From a virus (Duplodnaviria > Caudoviricetes): DNA of 39,413 nucleotides. The notes under the pieces were generated by a model. That model had not been told where the DNA came from and did no database searches. It saw only the letters and a program-made list of their open reading frames with translations. Positions 22,885 through 32,543 of the stretch are shown in pieces. The DNA lies in the IMG/VR virus record IMGVR_UViG_3300044568_001191, positions 1-39,413 of that record. One strand, written 5' to 3'. The position numbers and the translations under genes were made by a program. Each line of letters begins with the position of its first letter. Within the stretch, counting starts at the first letter, position 1.

Positions 22885-25762
22885 TTCCGTAGGCGTCCCA
22901 GACAGGTTCGATGGCGAGTACACACATTGGGTATGGGTCACTTTGCTGGACGGATACATCGGCGTCGAATCCAAACGTGCCTGCGGTCAAGATTTTTTGA
23001 TCGCCCGTAGTGAGGGTCGCGGCGAGGTCGTACCACTGCCCGGCATTCACGCGCACTTCGCCGCCTTTGCTCTTTTGAGTTCGCACGACGACCTTGTGGA
23101 TGCGTTTCTTGCGGCCTTGCGATGACCCGTCTTCTAGGTCCATGTCGAGCTTCATCGGCGTGAGGGTCGAAATGTAGGGCAGTCCAACATATCCGGCGGT
23201 GGTAGCGGGAACGGTGACCGCTCCTCCAGACACGACCGCAGTGCCGGTGAGGACTCCATTTTGCACAATGGTGACCTGCTTGCCATTGAGGTGCGAGAGA
23301 CCTGCTACGCTGCGGTTGGCCGCGCCGGAAGCAAAAGCCACATGCCCATCAAGGTAGCGCCATGAGGCGCTCGTCTGGTTGTCGAAAGCGGTGCGCCACA
23401 GGAGCGGGAACCGCTCGATGGTGCGGTAGGTCTGCCCGGAGACGGTGCGCTTGACGACCATCCAGACCTCGTCCTCTGTGCCATTCCCATAGATCGTAGC
23501 GACCGACTCGACATCGGCATTGTCGGCGATGGTGTGGCGATGCCAGCCGACGACTTTTTGGTCGCGCTCGTAGGTCATGCCAATGAGCGTGCCATCGCCG
23601 CGCACGCACCAGAGAATGGCGTCTGGTTGCTGCTGGTAGGCGACCTCGACGATTTCGCCGACCGTGATGTGTTCGGCAAGCAGAGTCAGATCGGGAGCGA
23701 CCCACCCGTCTTTGTTGAGTTCGTAGACGAGTTCGCGCACCTTGCGTCCGTTGCGTTGCACGAAGAGGAGGACATCGTTGACCATCGCGGCCCGCATATA
23801 TTTGCTCCCGTAGCTGGCCTGCCTGCGCGTCTTGACGTTGGTGGCTGAGAGCGCCGAGGCAGAATCCGCTGCGCCAATCGTCCACTCATCGCCGGATGTT
23901 CCGACGAGCATTTCACTCTGCGAGAACATCCAGTTGATGCGGTTGCCTTCCGAAGCCGCGAGGGTGAACTGGACCGCATCGCTGGCATTGACTCCGAGTT
24001 CAAAGTTTTCAAAGTCTCCAATGGCACTGCACCAAATCGTATTGGGTTGCGCCTTGGTCCCACCGAAGCAGAGTCTCTGCTCATGCAGACACACCGAGCG
24101 AGGGTATCCACTGGTCGCGTTGAATGCCCCGTATTGCCAGTATTTCGTTTTTGCGCCGGTGGCGGCGAGACGGCCAAGCCACTTGTCCACATTTATTGTG
24201 TTAGTTCCTGTGATGGTCGCGACCCCGCCGATGATCGGCGTAGAGCTATCGATGCGGGCGTTGGGAACCTGTTGCGTGGTCCATCTAGAGGCATCGAACG
24301 ATGCTGTCGAAGTGTGCGCCAGCACGCAGTAGTAGGTCTTGCCGCCAGAGTAGACAAAGTCGCCGACCACATAGACCGTACTTGCGGCCCAGTTGTAGGC
24401 GATCTTTTGCGCGTTGCGGATGATAATCTTGAGTCCACAGAGACTATCTTCCGTTCCACTTGTGATGATATTTTTGTCGTTGTCCACGATGTATTCGCGG
24501 ACGATTTCCATTTGACTCAAGTTCTCCGGGAAGACATCGCGGTAGCCAGTGAGAGCGGGAGCGGTCACGACATTGTAGCGATAGGTATTCGTCGTCACGG
24601 AGTAGATCGTGGCATTCGGTGCGGGATAGGCTCCTGTTACCGAAATGATGTCGCCATCTGACCATCCATGACTAGGTTGGTAGACCTCGATGGCCTTTCC
24701 ACCAACAGGGAGGCCAAGGCCAGCTATGACTCCTGCCTGCATGATCTCGGCTGGCACGCGCAGGATTTGGATCATTGCTCCCCATGTGCCAGAAGTTTCA
24801 AAATCCCATGCCCCGTCAACAAGGAGCGTTTCGCTTTCAAAATTACCGACGATTTCGATCTGCTTGTAGAGATTGGAATTCTGCCATTTGAGTTCGATCT
24901 GCGATCCCACATACCCAGCGGATGGGATGTTTTGTATAAACACGCCCATTTCGTTTGAGACCAATGGGAGTGACGAGATATTGCCTGCTGCAACATCGGC
25001 TTTAAATGTGGTCGCGGTAAAATCTTTTAGTGCGCGAAAAGTAATGGTTGATGAAATGTCGTCCCATTTCGTGGCGTCAAAAGTCACCCCAGAGGTATGG
25101 GCAACTTTGCATTTGTAAGTTCGGGGAGAGCTTGTGTATACCCAATCCCCTACAGCATAAACGACTGAAGCAGCCCAAAAAGGTGGGACATTCAGTTGGT
25201 CTTTTAAATAAAAAGACCCACTAGCATAGTTTGCGGATGCGATATTCAAATACAACTTCGTCTGATTTTCCGAGCTATCGAGCAGAGGCGGGTAGGCAAA
25301 TTGGACCTTCTCAAACGTCCAGTTGGTATCCGACAACCGCGAGAGTTTGTGCGGAGGGTAGTTCGCGTGCGCGAAGTACAAGATGTCGTTGATCTGGCAG
25401 TATTGGATTTCGCGCAGATCGGCTCCCGCATACGGAGTGACGAGTTCCGTGCCGCCGCTAGAAATGGCTTGCAGCGCCCCTGTGGCGGGATTCCACACAC
25501 GGAGGTAGCCTACGCCAAGCTCGATCACGAAGCGGGTCGTGGTGGAGAAGTTGAACCCGATCAATCGGGTTTGCGTGGACGAGGCTTTGGTTGTTCCGAC
25601 ATACTGAGTCCCCGGACGGCGGATCACGCCGCCGTAGGGCAGGATTTGGAAGTTCTCCAACGTGCGGCAGGCCGAGCGATATTTATCCAAGGACGTCCGG
25701 GCGTCCACCATGGGGGAGACTTCACCGGCGTTGAAGCTGGGATAAAAATCGAATTTCGGCAT
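22877..25762 (-). CDS. Tail tubular protein B / nozzle (T7 gp12-like)
   Basis: SFNAGEVSP, LENFQILPYGGVIRRPGT, GYPRSVCLHEQRLCFGG, DLTLLAEH, VVGWHRH. Confidence 0.88.
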   Translation of the reverse strand: MPKFDFYPSFNAGEVSPMVDARTSLDKYRSACRTLENFQILPYGGVIRRPGTQYVGTTKASSTQTRLIGFNFSTTTRFVIELGVGYLRVWNPATGALQAISSGGTELVTPYAGADLREIQYCQINDILYFAHANYPPHKLSRLSDTNWTFEKVQFAYPPLLDSSENQTKLYLNIASANYASGSFYLKDQLNVPPFWAASVVYAVGDWVYTSSPRTYKCKVAHTSGVTFDATKWDDISSTITFRALKDFTATTFKADVAAGNISSLPLVSNEMGVFIQNIPSAGYVGSQIELKWQNSNLYKQIEIVGNFESETLLVDGAWDFETSGTWGAMIQILRVPAEIMQAGVIAGLGLPVGGKAIEVYQPSHGWSDGDIISVTGAYPAPNATIYSVTTNTYRYNVVTAPALTGYRDVFPENLSQMEIVREYIVDNDKNIITSGTEDSLCGLKIIIRNAQKIAYNWAASTVYVVGDFVYSGGKTYYCVLAHTSTASFDASRWTTQQVPNARIDSSTPIIGGVATITGTNTINVDKWLGRLAATGAKTKYWQYGAFNATSGYPRSVCLHEQRLCFGGTKAQPNTIWCSAIGDFENFELGVNASDAVQFTLAASEGNRINWMFSQSEMLVGTSGDEWTIGAADSASALSATNVKTRRQASYGSKYMRAAMVNDVLLFVQRNGRKVRELVYELNKDGWVAPDLTLLAEHITVGEIVEVAYQQQPDAILWCVRGDGTLIGMTYERDQKVVGWHRHTIADNADVESVATIYGNGTEDEVWMVVKRTVSGQTYRTIERFPLLWRTAFDNQTSASWRYLDGHVAFASGAANRSVAGLSHLNGKQVTIVQNGVLTGTAVVSGGAVTVPATTAGYVGLPYISTLTPMKLDMDLEDGSSQGRKKRIHKVVVRTQKSKGGEVRVNAGQWYDLAATLTTGDQKILTAGTFGFDADVSVQQSDPYPMCVLAIEPVWDAYGNE

Positions 25763-25763
25763 G

Positions 25764-25946
25764 TTATTTTCGGAGGTCGCGAACGACTTTAATGAGAGTT
25801 GCGATGCCGACCGCGAGGCCGACCGACACCGAGGCGAGGCGCATCCCCGCTTCCAAGTGAGGAAGCAGGGAGTACGCCGCCGCGCCGATGGAGGTCGTGC
25901 TGCCGATGAGGCCGGTGGCTGCGGTCTTGAAGTTCTCTAAGCTCAT
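25764..25946 (-). CDS. Small two-TM membrane protein
   Basis: 60 aa with two hydrophobic segments and a basic C-terminus. Confidence 0.6.
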   Translation of the reverse strand: MSLENFKTAATGLIGSTTSIGAAAYSLLPHLEAGMRLASVSVGLAVGIATLIKVVRDLRK

Positions 25947-27535
25947 GAGTTGGATTGAGCGATGAGATTCCCCACGATGCTCGTCGTGGCGACTTGTCCC
26001 AGCCTGTCCGTATTCAATAAGTCCGTCTTAGCCTTGATCGCAGTGATGTTGGTGCTGACCGAAGACGCTAGGCGGCTCGATACGGTCGTATCCAAATTCG
26101 CAAGTTTGGTGGAGTTGCTGTCCATCTCCTGCCGGATTGCCGTGACGGTCGGCGCTGCGCTTGGTGCTGTGTAATCAGCGGCGGCGAGTCTGGATGAGAT
26201 GTTTTGATCCACTCGGCCAAGCTCAACCGAAAGCTCGGTGCGGACCTGGATGGCGATGGCGCTGGCGGTCGGTACCGTTGGCGCGTTGGTGAGCGTTGTC
26301 GCAGTATCGACCAATCCGCCCGTGATGGTGCGGGCAGCGGCGCTCCAGACGGCAGAGGCAACGCTGGCTCCGTCTAAGACGGCGGTGCCTTTGGTCTGAA
26401 GGACGGCTCCCGAGCCGGTCGAGGCTGGAAGGGTGTTAGGCACACTAAAGGTGATCGAGGTGCCGGAAACGACAGACGCCACCGTGTAATCTCCATTCCA
26501 GTCGGAGTAAAACGCTCCGGTGACCGTGAAGGTGTCGCCGACTTGGTAGGGGTAGCTGTAGGCCAGCGTGGCCGTGGCGGTCGTGCCGCTGCGGGTGGCG
26601 CTAAATGGCATGGCAGGGCCGTAGGTGACGCCGTAGCTGATCGTGCCACGCACGGGGACGGTCAGCTTGCCGGTAAGACTGCCACTGGCGTAGCTCACGC
26701 CGGTTCGGACATCGCTCGGGTTGGCTTGGCCGAGTGAGTTGTCGGCGGTAAACATGTCCACAAAGGCGCCGAGGCCGTCGAGTGCGTAGCGCGTCATCGA
26801 GTTTGACGGGGTGCTCCAGAGCAGAATGGAAGGGGCGCTCACAGGCGTTCGCCCATTAGCGGCGTAAATAAATGACCCGCTTGCGCGAACGGTGGCATTT
26901 GCGGAAGTAATCGCAGGGAACGCAGCACTAGCAATAAAATTCCCTAAGACTTGAATCATGCCACTCGACGCATTTAATATTGCGAAACCATTCCCGCTTG
27001 GACCGCCTTGCATATTGCCAGTCACAATAATGGTTCCCGCAGTGAGGTTGCGTATGGCGCAAGATACGGTTCCAGTGACATTTCCTGTGACATTGACTAT
27101 GCCGCCAGAAAGGTTTGCGATGGCGGAGTTGACGCCGGATGACACTGATGATCCAGTGACATTGCCTGTGACATTCAAAGTGCCACTGGAGTTGTTGGCG
27201 ATGGAATGAAAAGCGCTATTTTGAGGGAAGCCAATAACATCTCCGACGACATAGCATTGTGCTGGCGATGCACTATTAAACTCAACGAAATTTTGTGAGT
27301 TTGTTGAAATTACAACTGGCGATATATTTGCTCCCAAGGTGACGCCATCATTTATCACAAATCTTCCGTTGCCTGTTGCTGTGTTTGTGAGTGCATCGCA
27401 AGTTACATTCGCAGTGATCGTGATCGTGTGGCCGGTTGCGGCGCGGGCCGTGTCGCCGACTCCGGGAATGACGCCGCCGGTCCATGTGGAGGTGGCGTTA
27501 AAGTTGCCGCTTTGGGCAGAGGTGATGAGGGCCAT
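25943..27535 (-). CDS. Tail fibre/spike-like protein with beta-helix repeats
   Basis: SAQSGNFNATSTWTGGVIP N-terminus, repeated 'N.S.G.VNVTGNVTG' units, T/S/G-rich composition. Confidence 0.7.
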   Translation of the reverse strand: MALITSAQSGNFNATSTWTGGVIPGVGDTARAATGHTITITANVTCDALTNTATGNGRFVINDGVTLGANISPVVISTNSQNFVEFNSASPAQCYVVGDVIGFPQNSAFHSIANNSSGTLNVTGNVTGSSVSSGVNSAIANLSGGIVNVTGNVTGTVSCAIRNLTAGTIIVTGNMQGGPSGNGFAILNASSGMIQVLGNFIASAAFPAITSANATVRASGSFIYAANGRTPVSAPSILLWSTPSNSMTRYALDGLGAFVDMFTADNSLGQANPSDVRTGVSYASGSLTGKLTVPVRGTISYGVTYGPAMPFSATRSGTTATATLAYSYPYQVGDTFTVTGAFYSDWNGDYTVASVVSGTSITFSVPNTLPASTGSGAVLQTKGTAVLDGASVASAVWSAAARTITGGLVDTATTLTNAPTVPTASAIAIQVRTELSVELGRVDQNISSRLAAADYTAPSAAPTVTAIRQEMDSNSTKLANLDTTVSSRLASSVSTNITAIKAKTDLLNTDRLGQVATTSIVGNLIAQSNS

Positions 27536-27538
27536 GGC

Positions 27539-27820
27539 TTAGAGTCCTTTCGCTTGGAGGTAGGTTTGGAGGGCGGCTTGAATCGCGGCGATAGCTTGTT
27601 GGGTGGCGAGATCGGAGCCTGCCAGAGTGCCGAGCGCAATGCCGAGGGCAGCTTCGTCTGCGGTGATGACCTCACCGTTTTCAACGCGAGTCGGGACGAG
27701 GCGCATGGCGACATTTGCGTCACTTGAGCCGTCTGGCAGATACCGGCCCGTGATGGCGAGGTTGAGAGAGTAGCGGTCGTAGGATTTGCCGTCGATGGTG
27801 ATGGGAGTGGATGCGTTCAT
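27539..27820 (-). CDS. Hypothetical tail-region protein
   Basis: 93-aa ORF tightly packed in the operon. Confidence 0.7.
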   Translation of the reverse strand: MNASTPITIDGKSYDRYSLNLAITGRYLPDGSSDANVAMRLVPTRVENGEVITADEAALGIALGTLAGSDLATQQAIAAIQAALQTYLQAKGL

Positions 27821-27826
27821 ATAGAT

Positions 27827-28195
27827 TTAAGCGTAGGTTAAGTTAGTTTTGTTGCTCCAAGCGCCGATGGCGCTGGATTCGGAGACCACGTCTCCATTGT
27901 CATTGGTGGTTGTCTTGTTGATGTCCCAAGTGGCAACGTCATAGACGCTGCCCGTGGAAGGAAAGTCGGATGTCGAAATGCTACCCAGATAGATGGCATT
28001 TCCGATGAGGGCGAAGGCCCAGAAGCGTTCGACGGCGGCGCTTGCTCCTCCGATGGCGTAGACCGCTCCCGTCCCCGGATGGCGGGAATACAGGAGATGG
28101 TCGGCGTGATTCAAGCAAATCTCTCCGAGACCTAAATCATTAGATGTCGGGACTTTGCCTGCTACCGTGGATTTTTTGGGAATGATGGTGGCCAT
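27827..28195 (-). CDS. Tail fibre-associated protein
   Basis: IIPKKSTVAGKVPTSNDLGLGEICLNHAD resembles fibre N-terminal domains. The C-terminal AWSNKTNLTYA matches the end of 29464-30939 (AWNNRETATYA). Confidence 0.65.
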   Translation of the reverse strand: MATIIPKKSTVAGKVPTSNDLGLGEICLNHADHLLYSRHPGTGAVYAIGGASAAVERFWAFALIGNAIYLGSISTSDFPSTGSVYDVATWDINKTTTNDNGDVVSESSAIGAWSNKTNLTYA

Positions 28196-28209
28196 TATGG
28201 AATGGGGTT

Positions 28210-28236
28210 GCCTCCGGGGGATCGAACCCCGGAGGC
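28210..28236 (-). other. Intergenic 10-bp hairpin with T-loop-like loop
   Basis: GCCTCCGGGG-TTCGATC-CCCCGGAGGC on the minus strand, with no U-tract. Confidence 0.55.
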
Positions 28237-28246
28237 GGTGGAAGGA

Positions 28247-29185
28247 CTAGTAAGTGCCTCCGTCGATGGTGCTTTCAAGGGCGCTCACGCGAGCAGAAAC
28301 GGCAGAAACTGCCGAAGTGCGTGCGGAAACCTCTGAAAGGATGTCTGCCTCTGCGGCGGTCACCCGTGATGTGAGGGCAGTTGCAGCGGTCACCACGTTG
28401 TCGATACGAACTCCAAGAGCGGAATCGGCAGAAGTCCTTGCGGAAGCCTCTGAGGAAACAGCACTGGTGCGGGCGCTCACCTCTGCGGCGAGGTCGGTTT
28501 CGAGAGTAGCGATGTCGCTCTCTGCGGTCGTCACTCTACCAGCGAGTGCCGTTGCGGCAGTCGTGATGGTCGATTCCGCACCTGTGGCACGGGTCACTTC
28601 CGATGCGAGGGCGCTGGCTGCGCTGGCGGCGAGGCTAGTGATGGCTCCGTTGAGAGTTCCATCTGCGGCTTGGAAGGCAGTCACGACTTCGGTGAGGGAG
28701 TCGAGGGCTGCGCCGTCCACGTTGGAGAGGACGTTGTCGATGCGAGTTCCGAGAGCGACTTCTGCTGCTGTCGCACGCGAAGCTTCTGCACTGACTGCCG
28801 AGGTGAGAGTGCCTTCAGCGGCTTGGGCGCGGGTGATTTCCGAATTCAGCGAGGAGGTCACCGAGGTGATCGCGGCTGATCTCGATGAGGTCTCGGCTGC
28901 GATATCGTCAGCTAGATCACCTTCAGCACTTTGTGCCCGTGAAATTTCCGAATTCAGCGAGGAGGTGAGGGTCGAATCCGCTGCGGAGCGAAGCGAGGCT
29001 TCTGCTGCGACTGCGGAATCTACGAAAGTCTTTTTCGCAAAGACGTTTTCGCCACCAATCGCCAGAACGCCTTCTGCCGTTCCGATGAAAAGTGACTTGT
29101 TCAGTGTATCATAAGCCAACTCAGAGAGTTGCAAGGATTGAGGCTGACCACTGCCTCTTTTAATTTTGATGATTGGGTTCGCCAT
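28247..29185 (-). CDS. Coiled-coil tail fibre/fibritin-like protein
   Basis: IKIKRGSGQPQSLQLSELAY N-terminal domain, Ala/Ser/Thr-rich E..R..AE repeats, C-terminal IDGGTY. Confidence 0.75.
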   Translation of the reverse strand: MANPIIKIKRGSGQPQSLQLSELAYDTLNKSLFIGTAEGVLAIGGENVFAKKTFVDSAVAAEASLRSAADSTLTSSLNSEISRAQSAEGDLADDIAAETSSRSAAITSVTSSLNSEITRAQAAEGTLTSAVSAEASRATAAEVALGTRIDNVLSNVDGAALDSLTEVVTAFQAADGTLNGAITSLAASAASALASEVTRATGAESTITTAATALAGRVTTAESDIATLETDLAAEVSARTSAVSSEASARTSADSALGVRIDNVVTAATALTSRVTAAEADILSEVSARTSAVSAVSARVSALESTIDGGTY

Positions 29186-29236
29186 TTGATTTATTATGTT
29201 GGATTTGTTGGGTTTGTGTTGTTGTTTTAGGGGAGA

Positions 29237-29467
29237 TTAGAAGTCGCCACAATCAATCGTGGCGTTGAGGAGGACATAGGTGGTTTCCTGCCAGCGAAAA
29301 GTTGATCCCGTGGAGAGGTCGATGTAGAGGCGGGCCGAGCGACCGGTTTGAGGAAAATCGTCTTGGGTCGGGTATTCCACGATGCTTTGGGCGATTTCGG
29401 GCAGGATGACGTCGATCTTGCTGAGATCGAGGGTCTGCGCTAGGTTGGCATCGGTGATCGTTGTCAT
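29237..29467 (-). CDS. Small tail-associated protein
   Basis: FPQTGRSARLYIDLSTGSTFRW and C-terminal IDCGDF. ATGA overlap with the upstream gene. Confidence 0.65.
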   Translation of the reverse strand: MTTITDANLAQTLDLSKIDVILPEIAQSIVEYPTQDDFPQTGRSARLYIDLSTGSTFRWQETTYVLLNATIDCGDF

Positions 29468-30939
29468 GCGTAGGTAGCGGTCTCCCGGTTATTCCAAGCC
29501 ACGTTGGTCGCGGTGGCGCTGGAGGTGATCGATCCTGCGCTAGACACTGCCGAGCGGGTGATCGTCCACTTGGCGACTGCGGCGGGTGATCCCGTTGAAG
29601 GGACATCGGAGTTGAGCAGCATGCCGTAGTAGTTGAATGTTGCAGCGGTGTTGGTAGCGAACGAGTGGACGTAGAGGTCGGGAACACGCTGCGAGGCGGA
29701 ATAGAGACCCAGCACGACGACTACGACCTTGGCTCCATTGGGGATGGCCGTGGAAAACGTGATCGTCCCTGCACCTTGGTTCACCAGATAGTCGATGGTG
29801 GGTTCCTGCACCACGCCGTTGATGGAGACGATAACGTGGTTTGGGTCGCTCGACTTGAGGCCGGTGATGGTGAAAATCTTGGCGACCCCGTTGCCATAGA
29901 GGGTGTTTTTGGAAGAGTCGATGACGCCTGCCTGCGGGAGACCGAAGTTGAATACGGCGGTGTCGTTTGCGCCCGTGTTGGTGACAAAAGGGAGTTCTGC
30001 GCCGGTCACGGTGCGAACACTGCCGAGAGTCACATGGAGCGAGGGGTAGCTCACGCCACCGGCAGGACCACCACCAGAAGACTGTGCGGCATCAATGCCC
30101 TCGCCTCCGTTGCGGGAGGAGACAAGCTTGCTGCTCATCCAAGCGGGTTTGATTCTGCCCTTGCGCTCAGTGCTGTCCCGGCGCATGGCAGGGCTTTTGG
30201 CAAGGGAATCGCTGTCTTTGGCAAGCAGGAGCGCCTTGGCGGCATCTCCGGTTAGTGGAATGGCAAGCTTCGATGCGAGATTGGCCGTGAGCAAATCAAT
30301 GAACATCGAGTCAAAGAGGGTGACATCAGTGACCTTGCGGACGTACTCCAGCGTGATCGCCTTGCCGAGCCAGATATCCCAGTCGCTCGTCCATCCCGCA
30401 GTTGAGCCAGGTTGTTTTGTCGTGCCTGCAACGAGGCAGCGGTAGACGACACCGTTATTGGAAACGGCATTGCCGACCTCGTAGGATCGGTCCACGACCC
30501 AAGCGGGCGTGCCGGAATCCACGTTGCTCAGAACGAAATTGCCAGCCACCTCCCATGAGGAATCGCCAGTAGAGTAGTCGTAGTCGTTGACCCGGAAGAC
30601 GCGCAGGCAGTCAGATGGGACGGCGTAGCGGTAGGACCATTTATATTCCGGGCGAGGGAGAGTCTCGATGACGGTCCCGCTCTTCATGGCCCAAGTCCAC
30701 GATCCGGCTAGGAGCAGGGCATCGCGCACCTGTGGGTAGAGGGATTTCGCGAGAAGCATCGCCTGCGAGGAGGGACCGAACTGCTCGGCAGTGCCGACCC
30801 GCAGAATCGCTTGGCGACAGAGTTCGTCCTCGGTGAGTGCGCTGGATGGACGCGAGGAGGCGCGGGCCTCGACCGCATTCTTGAGAGAGGGCTTGCCTGC
30901 GAGGAAAGCGAGTTCTTTGAATAGTTCCTCGGATTTCAT
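29464..30939 (-). CDS. Tail tubular protein A-like adaptor (4th repeat) fused to accessory beta domains
   Basis: ELCRQAILRVG...WTWA...YAVPSDCLRV...FDSMFIDLLTANLASKLAIPLTG, followed by GNGVAKIFT...INGVVQEP..DY. Confidence 0.8.
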   Translation of the reverse strand: MKSEELFKELAFLAGKPSLKNAVEARASSRPSSALTEDELCRQAILRVGTAEQFGPSSQAMLLAKSLYPQVRDALLLAGSWTWAMKSGTVIETLPRPEYKWSYRYAVPSDCLRVFRVNDYDYSTGDSSWEVAGNFVLSNVDSGTPAWVVDRSYEVGNAVSNNGVVYRCLVAGTTKQPGSTAGWTSDWDIWLGKAITLEYVRKVTDVTLFDSMFIDLLTANLASKLAIPLTGDAAKALLLAKDSDSLAKSPAMRRDSTERKGRIKPAWMSSKLVSSRNGGEGIDAAQSSGGGPAGGVSYPSLHVTLGSVRTVTGAELPFVTNTGANDTAVFNFGLPQAGVIDSSKNTLYGNGVAKIFTITGLKSSDPNHVIVSINGVVQEPTIDYLVNQGAGTITFSTAIPNGAKVVVVVLGLYSASQRVPDLYVHSFATNTAATFNYYGMLLNSDVPSTGSPAAVAKWTITRSAVSSAGSITSSATATNVAWNNRETATYA

Positions 30940-32474
30940 TCGATGATTTGCGAAAGTTTAATGGCCAGAGTGACCGTGAGCATGTTGGCAAAGACTGGCG
31001 GATACTTGCTGGCGTCTGTGACAATCTGCGTTGTCTCCACCTTGATGGGAGTTGGGAAATTGGTGTGGATGTATCCCGCTACGAGTTCCCAGTTTCCAAA
31101 GTTTTCATCCTCGTCCACGCCATTGACGCGAAGCACCTTGAGAGTGCCAACGGGTAAAGCGTAGCGGGTTGTGTACCCGAAGGCTGGAGGAGTGGCATCT
31201 GCCGTAAGAGAAGACTGAAATCGAGCGAACTGCCAATCGAAGTCGGAAAGCACTTCGTTGCGAGTCTGATCTAAGAGGCTTGTGGCAATGGCCATGGGTT
31301 CCCCAAATGCTTTGAGGGTTTCGATATTACCGACCCGAAGTAGAGCTTGGCGGCAGATTTCGGAAATCGTATTAGCAGCAGTGCCGGTGCGAGGCTTTGC
31401 GGATTTATCAGCAAGGATTTGAATGCTTGGCCGAGTCAGTGTCTCAGAGGCAGCTTGGGCAAGGGCGGAAGCCAAATCGCCCTTGGCGGTGAGAGGGAGA
31501 GCAATCTTGGCCGCGAGGCGAGTGATGAGCGCCTCACTGAAAGGAGCCGGGAAAAGCGACACATCGGAAACATTGCCCGTGTAGTCGATGATGATGGGAG
31601 AAGCGAGATCGGTATGGATGAACCCCCCCACAATTTCCCACAAAGCAAAGTTGTCGGAGGCATCGATATTGTTGACTCGCAGAAGTTGAATGTAGTCCGC
31701 TGGGATGGCGTATCGTCTTGTGTAGCCTTGGGTCGGAGCGGTCGCATTGGCTGCAATGGAGGCTTGTTTCTTAGCAAAAGCCCACGGGATTTCCGAAAGA
31801 AGTTCTTCTAGGCAATGATCGTAAAAAGAAGTGGCAAAAAGAATCGGGTGACCGCCTGTCTGTGTTAAAATGTCTGTGGTTCCGAGACGCATGATTGCTT
31901 GTCGGCAGATTTCAGAGGCACTCATGGCCGAAGCGATCCGCGCCGATGCCGTCATTTTGGTCGCGTGGAGGAAGGCAGGCTTTTGAAGCATCGCTCCATA
32001 TAGCTCGATGCATTGCTTGAAGAGGTCTTTGCTGCCAGTGAGTGGCATGGCAAGGACGCCTGCGAGCTTAACGCCAAGAAGCTCAGTGAAGATCGCAGGG
32101 AACTTGGTGGTATCCGCGATGTTGGCGATGTAATCCAACGTGACGGGAGAGGCGAAATTGGTTTGGAGGGAAGAACCGAGGATTTCCCATTGTCCGAAAT
32201 TCTCGCTCTCGTCGATGTTGGCGAGGCGGATGGATCGGATGTAGTCGCTGGGGAGAGCGTACTGGAAAGTGTAACCTCCGAGCGGGGTCGTGCTGCTGGT
32301 GAGGTTGACTAGCTTGCGGCAGAACTGCCAATCGAATTCGGCTTGGAGTTCAGCGACCGTCTGCGTGTAGAAGAGCGTGCAATACTGCGCCTGTGCGGTC
32401 GCATCAGCGAGCGTGGTGATACGAGCATCACCAAGTCGAGCGAGGGCCAAGTTGCAGATTTGAACGTCCGTCAT
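30936..32474 (-). CDS. Tail tubular protein A-like adaptor with three tandem domains
   Basis: Three copies of IC..A..R.G...W.F...YA.P.....R...WE..G...FP..F. Lies directly after the capsid gene. Confidence 0.85.
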   Translation of the reverse strand: MTDVQICNLALARLGDARITTLADATAQAQYCTLFYTQTVAELQAEFDWQFCRKLVNLTSSTTPLGGYTFQYALPSDYIRSIRLANIDESENFGQWEILGSSLQTNFASPVTLDYIANIADTTKFPAIFTELLGVKLAGVLAMPLTGSKDLFKQCIELYGAMLQKPAFLHATKMTASARIASAMSASEICRQAIMRLGTTDILTQTGGHPILFATSFYDHCLEELLSEIPWAFAKKQASIAANATAPTQGYTRRYAIPADYIQLLRVNNIDASDNFALWEIVGGFIHTDLASPIIIDYTGNVSDVSLFPAPFSEALITRLAAKIALPLTAKGDLASALAQAASETLTRPSIQILADKSAKPRTGTAANTISEICRQALLRVGNIETLKAFGEPMAIATSLLDQTRNEVLSDFDWQFARFQSSLTADATPPAFGYTTRYALPVGTLKVLRVNGVDEDENFGNWELVAGYIHTNFPTPIKVETTQIVTDASKYPPVFANMLTVTLAIKLSQIIE

Positions 32475-32494
32475 TGAGGCAGGTACAGAGAGTT

Positions 32495-32529
32495 AAAAAG
32501 TGGGTGGCAGACATTGTCCCGGTCTGCCA
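32495..32529 (-). terminator. Intrinsic terminator-like hairpin after the capsid gene
   Basis: TGGCAGAC-9nt-GTCTGCCA followed by CCCACTTTTT. Confidence 0.55.
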
Positions 32530-32543
32530 GCGGGGTGCTTTTT

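Noticed and set aside
28254-29114. 286-aa plus-strand ORF
   Set aside because: It is the mirror frame of the Ala/Ser/Thr-rich fibre gene and is open because of codon bias.
25943-29185. BPP-1-like diversity-generating retroelement acting on tail fibres
   Set aside because: No reverse transcriptase gene and no TR/VR pair differing at adenines were seen.
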